A stretch of DNA of 32,649 nucleotides from Pseudomonadota bacterium (GTDB lineage Bacteria; Desulfobacterota; Desulfobacteria; Desulfobacterales; RPRI01), in the NCBI GenBank assembly GCA_043825875.1, contig JBDRRF010000012.1, forward strand, positions 1 to 32,649. The letters are read 5' to 3'. The first letter of the stretch is position 1; each line of letters begins with the position of its first letter. Of the stretch, positions 11,006 through 18,509 are shown one piece after another. Position numbers and translations under genes: made by a program. The notes under the pieces are model-generated. The model saw only the letters and a program-made list of their open reading frames with translations. It was not told the origin of the DNA and ran no database searches.

Positions 11006-11034
11006 CGCTTGAATCCTGGAATCCCCTGGCCATT
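11006..11034 (+). repeat. Solo remnant of the octamer-repeat arm found at 21369-21397
   Basis: CGCTTGAATCCTGGA matches CACTTGAATCCTGGA (21369-21383) at 14/15 nt. Lies in a convergent intergenic region. Confidence 0.4.
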
Positions 11035-11084
11035 AACTTTAGCTGATGGAAGTTGATTTGCTTATTACAATATAGAGTTACGAC

Positions 11085-12020
11085 TCAAAGCTTTTTATCT
11101 TTTATATATCCTATAAAACCTTTAATGCTGTTTGTAAGAAATATCATCTCCCTTTCTTTAACGGCAGAGTCCATATCAAAATAACCTGAAAGAAAAGGAT
11201 CTTTTCTTAAAAGTGCCTCAGCACACCGGGAAATCAAATCACCATCAACTGATTTTTCAACTTCGCCAGTTATAACTTTTTTCCATAAACCAAGCTGATC
11301 CTGATGCTGTTTCAGCATAGTTATAGCATTTTCTTCTAAACTAAGATGTCCATAACAAATCTTAGATGGGTTCTTTGATATAAGATCGTCAATACTCTTA
11401 TAAGCAAGTTCATAAAAAAATTTGGGTGGTGTCGCAGGACGCATACAAAAGCCGCCTGAAGGCAGGGAATAATATACTCCTCCGGCTTCTCCGGCAAAGA
11501 GATAATCTTTGTATATATAACTTACATGGTGGATGGCATGTCCCGGAGTTATAACCGGAGTAATTGAATCATGTTTAAATTCTTGCGCACCAACAAGGCG
11601 GTCAATAGGAACCGGGCTAATCGGACCGTATGCTTTGGCAATGTCACCAAGAGTCTTTATCGTGCCTTTCCATAATCTTTCAGGATCAGCAAGATGCGGT
11701 ATTCCATCCTTATGGCAAATAATAGGAGTACCGGCAAAACGACTGGCTATTTCTGCTGCTGCACCTGCATGATCTACATGAATATGTGTTAAGAATATAT
11801 AATCAAGATGTGTTACCCCGGCTTCTTTAAGGGCATCAAGCAAAGCCTGTGCTGTTGAAGATGACCCGACATCAACTATAAAAGTTATATCTCCTTTATA
11901 AAGCCATGTCCCAATAAAATTTTCAAAACCTGCCGCAACAGGAGGAAGTGTTATTAAAAATAAATTTTCGTTAAATTTTGTAATTTTATAATTTAAATCC
12001 AATTCCGTCATTACCATCAA
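11085..12020 (-). CDS. MBL-fold metallo-hydrolase
   Basis: THIHVDHAG (HxHxDH), TPGHAIHH, LFAGE, CYGH. Confidence 0.9.
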   Translation of the reverse strand: MMVMTELDLNYKITKFNENLFLITLPPVAAGFENFIGTWLYKGDITFIVDVGSSSTAQALLDALKEAGVTHLDYIFLTHIHVDHAGAAAEIASRFAGTPIICHKDGIPHLADPERLWKGTIKTLGDIAKAYGPISPVPIDRLVGAQEFKHDSITPVITPGHAIHHVSYIYKDYLFAGEAGGVYYSLPSGGFCMRPATPPKFFYELAYKSIDDLISKNPSKICYGHLSLEENAITMLKQHQDQLGLWKKVITGEVEKSVDGDLISRCAEALLRKDPFLSGYFDMDSAVKEREMIFLTNSIKGFIGYIKDKKL

Positions 12021-12100
12021 TCTCCAGCTTATTTTCTCTAAAAAACCAACTAAATTACTATATCCTTGCGAATATATAAACTTAACACCTTATGAGTTTT

Positions 12101-12952
12101 TTAAAATACTATACCTGCATAACCCACAAAACTGTCTGAAGGGCTTTTATCATAGCTTGTTTGGTAAGTAATTAGTTTTGCCTTTGTTGCACCAAGCTCT
12201 TTGGCAGTACTTATAGCAGTTGCCGCAGCTCCGGAACAGCAGGCGTTTTCATTTAGCAATGCTTCTTCAATTACTTTCTCAGGATTCATTTCAAGCATTG
12301 CATCTATTGCTTTTTTATCATTTTCGTTTTTCACCCAATTAAGGGCTTTTTGTCCGTTTCCCTTGGAGACAAAACCATAATTAACACCATAATGAGTAAG
12401 ATCAGTTGATCCCAATACCGCAACTTTAAGGCCAAGGGCAGTTGCAATTTTGACGGCATCCTTTCCTATTTCAAAAGATGCTTTAACCGGCGGAACCCCC
12501 ATGGGAACAATTTTAACATCTTTAAAAAAGTATTTTATAAACGGAAGCTGAAGCTCTATTGTGTTATCCTGGGTAAATCTTTGAGCGGTTTCAATTTGGA
12601 AAGAATATATTTTTGAAAGTTCTTCAGCTATTTCCTCCTGGATTTTTATATCACCAAAAGGTGTTTCCCAGGCCCCCTCTTTCATAAGGTAATTCGGAGA
12701 GCCTTTGTGAAGGTGCATTCCAAATATAAAAATAACATCAGGCTGTTGTTCTTCAGAAAGTATTTTAATAACATTGCATGCAATGCTTCCGGAAAAATAC
12801 CAGCCTGCGTGAGGAACAATACCTCCTGTTTTTTTTATTCCGGACAAATCCTGAATTTTTGCTTCACTAATAAATGATTTAATTTGCCTTTCACATTCTT
12901 TAGCGCCTGACGGATACCAGCTTCCGGCAAAAACAGCTTTTCTTGTTTTCAT
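12101..12952 (-). CDS. amrB: AmmeMemoRadiSam system protein B (MEMO1 family)
   Basis: RKAVFAGSWYP, VPHAGWYFSG, WETPFG, IELQLPF, STDLTHYG, SFVGYAGIVF. Confidence 0.9.
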   Translation of the reverse strand: MKTRKAVFAGSWYPSGAKECERQIKSFISEAKIQDLSGIKKTGGIVPHAGWYFSGSIACNVIKILSEEQQPDVIFIFGMHLHKGSPNYLMKEGAWETPFGDIKIQEEIAEELSKIYSFQIETAQRFTQDNTIELQLPFIKYFFKDVKIVPMGVPPVKASFEIGKDAVKIATALGLKVAVLGSTDLTHYGVNYGFVSKGNGQKALNWVKNENDKKAIDAMLEMNPEKVIEEALLNENACCSGAAATAISTAKELGATKAKLITYQTSYDKSPSDSFVGYAGIVF

Positions 12953-13038
12953 GATAAATCTCCAATATGAATAAAAAGCAAATATACGCTCCCTCTAACA
13001 TATTCTTTAGCCAGTCTGTTTCCGATTTTATTTTTCAT

Positions 13039-13067
13039 AAATTAACAGTCACATTGGTGTTTGTCAA
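13039..13067 (-). promoter_or_regulatory. Candidate sigma70 promoter for amrB
   Basis: Minus strand TTGACA-N17-TAATTT, about 87 nt upstream of the amrB start. Confidence 0.4.
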
Positions 13068-13243
13068 ATTATGGATCTTAGCAATTTATCAAATATTATT
13101 AGGGAAGCCATTTTTAAAATTTAAAAATTATTGCAAAAAACTGCCAATAGATTTATATAATTTAGAATTATTTTAAATAAAAGTTGAGAGTTAAGAGTCT
13201 TAGGTTTCAATGTAGGTTTGGTTATTATTCTTTGGAGAACATT

Positions 13244-16200
13244 ATGAATTATTCCAATAATCAGCAAGTAAAGTATTTCGATTACATTAACAGATTTCTT
13301 TCAATCTCTGATTTGGACACACTCTTAGATACTATTTGCAAGGAAACGCCTGCACTGATGAACGCCAAAGATTGCTCAATCTTTCTTATTCCAACCCTGT
13401 TAAAAGAAAAACAAAGTTCAGATATGTTGAATAAGCAAGACGGGACATCTGTCCTGGCTTCTTCTCTAAAAACAAACTATGTGGTTTTGGCTAAGACAAC
13501 GCGAGATAATTTTAAGCCGTATGTAGGTAAAGCCTATTATAGTGAAGGCTTCGGACTGACCGGATACATATTCAAAACCGGAAAATCACTAAACATAAAT
13601 GACATGGGAGATCATAATGAGCTGAATAATATTGATCCCGAATTACATTGGAAAGATGCCTACAGAGGTAGTGAAGAGCGTTTCAGGGGGAAAAGGAAGA
13701 AACCTTATATAGGCGTACCCCTTAAAATAGGACAGAAAATTCTTGGAGTAATACGGCTTGGTGAACCTCTTGTTGGTGATTCCTTTTTTCCCATGGCTCT
13801 GTCCGGATTAGAATCTTTTGCGGCAATATTAGCAAATGTGATTGAAAGAATCAGCTCTTTGCAGCATCTCAAGTCATCTATTGACAGTCTCATTATGATT
13901 GGATCATTAAGGGTCAAACAAACCATATATGATGCTATCGTTAAAGAAGCCGCACTGTTGATTGGTGCCGAAAATTGTGAACTTTACCTCCTCGACAGAT
14001 ATGGAGAACAGATAGTTCTTAAGGCTGCAACGGAAGGATATCTGAAGCAATTACTTGAATCACAAAATACAAAAGCTTATCAACGAGGCGTCGGTTTAAC
14101 CGGATGGATATTCAAAACAGGGAAACCATTGTATATTCATAATGTTGAAGATTATACCCGATTACAAACACTATCGGACCAGGATTTGGAAAATGTTTCA
14201 AATGGTACGGACATAAATGATGAGACAGAAAGAAAAATTAAATGGGGTGATATTGATGGACAATATAAGAGCAGAGCTACCCCATACCCGCGCTTTATTG
14301 GTGTACCGGTTAAATCAGAGATGGGTGAGGTAATAGGTGTATTAAGGGCTTCATCACCGAAAGAAAAGGAAGTATTTTTGCACAAGCAGGATATGATGTT
14401 ATTGCAGAATATTGCAGATAATATATCCGTTATATTTTTCAATGAGCGGCGTGAAAGCCTTTATAATACTCTGATTGAAATAGGTACAATATATGATCGT
14501 GATAAACTATTTAAATACGTAGCAGATAGGGTTCCTCACCTGATTTGGGGAAGAGGGTGTTCAATATTTTTAAATGACCCAAGGTCGAATCTCCTCAATT
14601 TGGCATACAGTAGTAGTAAGTCATTAATAGGGACAGATAAAAAGTTAATGAGCATGACGTATAAATATGGGGAAGGAAAAACCGGATTAGCTGCTGAGAT
14701 AGGGAGAACGTTGGTAGTCAACTACTATGGCAAAGGAAAACTAATATCAGAAAGAATGAAAGAGGACTTCGAGAAGTATAAACTAATCTCACCTGAAATA
14801 TGCATACCCAGATACATCAGTGATGAAAGTGATGATCACGTGGGAATTGTAAGAATGATGAGAAATGAGTCGGATGATAAGCCTTTTTCTGAACAAGAAA
14901 TCGAAAAGTTCTTTCATTTTTGCGATGACGAACTCTCGTATAGAGAGGGAGGACTTCCATCGCATAAAGGATCACTTTGTGAGACAGGGGAAAAAGGTGA
15001 CTCAAACTCCTTTTTTGCACTACCAATAAAGTTAAAAACAGGGGCAGAGGATCTGTTGGGTGTAATAAGAATTGCACGTACATCCGAATCAGTGAGGTTT
15101 TCCGATCATGATATTGAACTGCTTGAGTCCATTACCGGTAGATTAACGACGGCCCTTGAAATTGAAAGAGCAATGAGCAAGACCCGCGAGAGTCTCAAAA
15201 TTCTAAGCGATATCAACTCAAAAATAAAATATTTTTTTGATACAGGCGAAATTCTTGAAGAAATTTTAAAAGCCGTAACGGAAGGTTTGGGATATGAGTT
15301 TGCAACCATTCAACTCGTTGATGTTGAAAAAAACACTATCTATACGGCAAGGGCCAGGGTCAATCCAAACGTACAAGGTGCAATGGACCCAACTCCATGG
15401 CTCAAAATATCTCATCCATTAAATCCTCCGGAAGGAGAAACTAGAGACATCCATGCATATGTTTTGATGGAAGCAAAAAAAGCCATTGTTGTAAAAGATT
15501 TTGACATCCATTTTGACAGATCAATTTATGAAAAATATGGTCATAAAGATCTTGTGAGGGCATTTGTCCCGATTATCGCTTACGAACCCGAAACAGGAAA
15601 ATCTATTGGCACCTTAGAAGCCGCACATAATATTTTTCATAAAGCCCACATTGACGACCAGGAGCTGGAAATGCTTCAAGCTATAGCCAACCAGGCGGCC
15701 ATCGTCATTGAAAATTATAATCTTCTGCAAAAGAGCCGAATTGATGCCGCCAAAACGTTTCATTCCTTTAAAGGAAAGACAAGTGCGATTAGAGGACAAA
15801 TAGACAACTTGGAAGATTGTCTTAACAAGTCCGGTGGAAAAAATGCCTCAGCTATAATCAATGACCTTAGAAATGCTGCCAAGGCAATAGATAAAATCTG
15901 TAAGCGCCTTATCGATATCTCAACGCCGAAGAGAGCAAAGAGAGAAACAATAAATTTTTCTACGTTGATCAGTGACGTTGTTGCTTTTCGAAGATCCGAC
16001 ATTAATATTGATGGCCCTCACATATCGGATACATTGCCGCTTATTGATCTTGATAAAGAATCACTCAGGGAGGCATTGAATGAGATCATAAATAATAGCA
16101 TTGCGGCGGCGTTGAATCGAAAAAGAAATTGCGTAAATATAACAATAAAGGTGACCTCTGTTACAAATGATATAATATCGCAATTACCTGTTAACACGCC

Positions 16201-16444
16201 TTCTCAGGTTAAAACCCGCTTCAAAAATGGAGGTATAAAAATCCTGATTGAAGATGATGGGCCAGGCATATCTATCCACCATAAACAGCGTATTTGGGAA
16301 TTGGGATTTTCTAAGGTAACAGGAGGAAACGGCATCGGCTTATTTCAGGTGGCACAGATGGTTGAAGACCATAAAGGAATATGCTATGAAGATGGACAAG
16401 TTGACAAGGGTAGCAGGTTTAATATTTTATTCCCGGTTTTATGA
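13244..16444 (+). CDS. Cytoplasmic multi-GAF sensor histidine kinase (about 4 GAF + DHp + HATPase_c)
   Basis: Repeated GAF motifs (CSIFL...GxGLTGxIFKTGK...IGVP...LGVIR), putative H-box FHSFKGKT, N-box EIINNS, G1 EDDGPGI, F/G2 ELGFS..GGNGIGL. No obvious TM. ATG 13244 with a GGAGA RBS is preferred over the TTG at 13184. Confidence 0.88.
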   Translation: MNYSNNQQVKYFDYINRFLSISDLDTLLDTICKETPALMNAKDCSIFLIPTLLKEKQSSDMLNKQDGTSVLASSLKTNYVVLAKTTRDNFKPYVGKAYYSEGFGLTGYIFKTGKSLNINDMGDHNELNNIDPELHWKDAYRGSEERFRGKRKKPYIGVPLKIGQKILGVIRLGEPLVGDSFFPMALSGLESFAAILANVIERISSLQHLKSSIDSLIMIGSLRVKQTIYDAIVKEAALLIGAENCELYLLDRYGEQIVLKAATEGYLKQLLESQNTKAYQRGVGLTGWIFKTGKPLYIHNVEDYTRLQTLSDQDLENVSNGTDINDETERKIKWGDIDGQYKSRATPYPRFIGVPVKSEMGEVIGVLRASSPKEKEVFLHKQDMMLLQNIADNISVIFFNERRESLYNTLIEIGTIYDRDKLFKYVADRVPHLIWGRGCSIFLNDPRSNLLNLAYSSSKSLIGTDKKLMSMTYKYGEGKTGLAAEIGRTLVVNYYGKGKLISERMKEDFEKYKLISPEICIPRYISDESDDHVGIVRMMRNESDDKPFSEQEIEKFFHFCDDELSYREGGLPSHKGSLCETGEKGDSNSFFALPIKLKTGAEDLLGVIRIARTSESVRFSDHDIELLESITGRLTTALEIERAMSKTRESLKILSDINSKIKYFFDTGEILEEILKAVTEGLGYEFATIQLVDVEKNTIYTARARVNPNVQGAMDPTPWLKISHPLNPPEGETRDIHAYVLMEAKKAIVVKDFDIHFDRSIYEKYGHKDLVRAFVPIIAYEPETGKSIGTLEAAHNIFHKAHIDDQELEMLQAIANQAAIVIENYNLLQKSRIDAAKTFHSFKGKTSAIRGQIDNLEDCLNKSGGKNASAIINDLRNAAKAIDKICKRLIDISTPKRAKRETINFSTLISDVVAFRRSDINIDGPHISDTLPLIDLDKESLREALNEIINNSIAAALNRKRNCVNITIKVTSVTNDIISQLPVNTPSQVKTRFKNGGIKILIEDDGPGISIHHKQRIWELGFSKVTGGNGIGLFQVAQMVEDHKGICYEDGQVDKGSRFNILFPVL

Positions 16445-16455
16445 GGAGAATGACT

Positions 16456-17274
16456 ATGCCGCGTATATTGGTTGTCGAAGATGACTCTGATCAATTGCGA
16501 GCTTGTGTTACGCGATTGGAAAGGTCGACTGCAAGACATATAATTGACACAGCTACCAATCCGGAAGAAGCGATTCGCAAGCTGCAAAATAAACAATACG
16601 ATATTGTTATTACGGACTTAAGAATGCCTTCTGACGAATATGAAGGTTTCATGGTAATTCTGGACATAAAACGCAAGGACCCCTTGTTCGAAAGGACCAA
16701 AGTCATAGTTTGGACCGTAGTAGGCGCTCAAAGGACTGAGCAAGATATAGATGCTATAAGACACGCACTCCGCTTAGGTGTCTCTGATTATATTATTAAA
16801 GATTGGGATCGGCATCTCGAATTGCTTGAAAAAACCATAGATAAGATACTATTGCAGTCATCTTCACTGCCACCTAGAGTATGTACTATCAGAGGACAAG
16901 TGTTTTTAGCCTGTCCTTATGATGAACATCACGATCAGATTTGCGCAGAACTGAAAAATTTAGAAAACCAGGTTAATTATGGCTTCGTTCGGGCGGATGG
17001 CTCCTTTCAAGATACATACCTTAAAGAGATCATCACTACACAAATTGCAGAATCTGAATTTGTTGTCGCATTTATAAGTGGATTAAATGGCAATGTCATG
17101 TATGAGCTTGGCCTGGCTCACGGGATGCAAAAAAGGGTTATCATCGTAAAAGATGAAAACACAAACGTGTTGTCAGATCTGGGGGGGATAGTATATATTC
17201 CTTACAAGAAAGATGTGGCATTACAACTTCCCGGCAAGATAATTAAAGCACTTAATGATCTTAGTTGCCACTAG
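16456..17274 (+). CDS. Response regulator: REC domain fused to a nucleoside 2-deoxyribosyltransferase/TIR-like output domain
   Basis: REC motifs ILVVEDD, DIVITDLRMP, WT, DYIIK. C-terminus VFLACPY...RAD...IAESEFVVAF...NGNVMYELGLAHGMQKRVIIV...SDL...YIPY. Start could be 16441 (ATGA overlap with the kinase), 16450 or 16456; GAGGAG at 16443-16448 favours 16456. Confidence 0.82.
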   Translation: MPRILVVEDDSDQLRACVTRLERSTARHIIDTATNPEEAIRKLQNKQYDIVITDLRMPSDEYEGFMVILDIKRKDPLFERTKVIVWTVVGAQRTEQDIDAIRHALRLGVSDYIIKDWDRHLELLEKTIDKILLQSSSLPPRVCTIRGQVFLACPYDEHHDQICAELKNLENQVNYGFVRADGSFQDTYLKEIITTQIAESEFVVAFISGLNGNVMYELGLAHGMQKRVIIVKDENTNVLSDLGGIVYIPYKKDVALQLPGKIIKALNDLSCH

Positions 17275-17328
17275 TTTAAAAATTCTTCTTCTTAATTAGT
17301 TTTGACTTTAGACGTCAGGAGGCCTGAG

Positions 17329-18252
17329 ATGAATACATACATAGGGATTGATCTTGGGGGTACTAAAATAGCTGGTATTCTGGTTGATTCCAAACATGAT
17401 ACAATCTCCGAAGTCACCATGGGTACCGATAACAGAGATGAAACAGCGGTGATTGACTGCGTCAGGTCAGTAATAGATCGTTTGTCAACCGAGAAAACAT
17501 GTTCTTCAAATCATCTAACCGGTATCGGCATAGGAATTGCCGGGCATGTTGATTTTGAGAAAGGGACGGTTATTTACTGCCCCAATCTTCCAATAGAAAA
17601 TCTTAATCTTAAAGCTATTTTACAGAAGGCATATAATATACCTGTATTTATCGAAAATGATGCTAATGCAGCCGCAATTGGTGAGAAGTACTTTGGCCAG
17701 GCGGCGGAAAACGGTAACTTTGTTTGTGTTACCTTAGGAACCGGAATTGGTGCCGGAATTTTTATCAACGGTAAATTATACCGGGGGTCTACTTGTGGGG
17801 CAGGAGAGTTGGGGCATATGATCCTTGATTTTAGTCTTGATGCCCCAGTCTGCGGTTGTGGTAATCGTGGTTGCTTTGAGGCTTTGGTGTCAGGCACAGC
17901 AATTGCTCGCATGGCAGAAACCGTTTTTTCAAAAAAGAATATCACTGCCTATGATGTAGCAAAAATGGCTCAAACCGGAAATTTACAGGCCATTGAAATA
18001 TTCAATCATGCCGCCCGGATTATCGGCATTGGGTTCGCTAATATAGTCAATCTTTTCAATCCTGAAAAAATTATTGTTTCCGGATCATTGGCCCAGGCTG
18101 AAGATCTTTTTTTGAAACAAGCCATAAAAATCATGATGAAACGCACTTTTTCCACTAATGCCAAGTCTGTGGCCGTCGTCAAGTCTTCTCTTGGCAATCG
18201 TGGCGGAGTACTAGGCGCAGCAGCTCTTGCAATTCAACACTGTAATAGATAG
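17329..18252 (+). CDS. ROK family sugar kinase (glucokinase-like)
   Basis: IGIDLGGTK, ENDANAAAIGE, TLGTGIGAG, GELGH, Zn motif CGCGNRGCFE. No N-terminal HTH. ATG 17329 follows AGGAGG. Confidence 0.92.
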   Translation: MNTYIGIDLGGTKIAGILVDSKHDTISEVTMGTDNRDETAVIDCVRSVIDRLSTEKTCSSNHLTGIGIGIAGHVDFEKGTVIYCPNLPIENLNLKAILQKAYNIPVFIENDANAAAIGEKYFGQAAENGNFVCVTLGTGIGAGIFINGKLYRGSTCGAGELGHMILDFSLDAPVCGCGNRGCFEALVSGTAIARMAETVFSKKNITAYDVAKMAQTGNLQAIEIFNHAARIIGIGFANIVNLFNPEKIIVSGSLAQAEDLFLKQAIKIMMKRTFSTNAKSVAVVKSSLGNRGGVLGAAALAIQHCNR

Positions 18253-18397
18253 TAGTTATCTTAGCTACAATAAAATTTAAATGCGCTATAATTAAGTTCA
18301 TTGCATTCTTCGCCAAATTGAAGGTACTAATATAGTGCTGTACTTTTAGTAATGTGCATTTTGCTTCCTTCAGATTTCTAATACTTTTGTTCTCCAA

Positions 18398-18425
18398 TTG
18401 ACATAGCGTTTTCTGTGTTTATTTT
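18398..18425 (+). promoter_or_regulatory. Candidate clpB promoter, TTGACA-N15-TTATTTT
   Basis: TTGACAtagcgttttctgtgtTTATTTT, with the same spacing as the grpE upstream motif. Confidence 0.55.
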
Positions 18426-18509
18426 AATAAAGGCAAATAACTATCCGGTAATAAACAAAAAGAGATTAACAAAAGCAGTTTAAATATAATATAAAATCAG
18501 GAGGCATTT

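Noticed and set aside
12967..13176. 69-aa ORF upstream of the GAF kinase
   Set aside because: Very AT-rich, no RBS or motif, and it overlaps the probable amrB promoter.
17275..17328. Possible integron attC site between the regulator and ROK genes
   Set aside because: No RYYYAAC/GTTRRRY pair or convincing hairpin.
13115..18291. TAAAATTTAAA on both sides of the kinase module as a possible att/direct repeat
   Set aside because: An AT-only 11-mer is expected by chance in these spacers, and there is no integrase or tRNA nearby.
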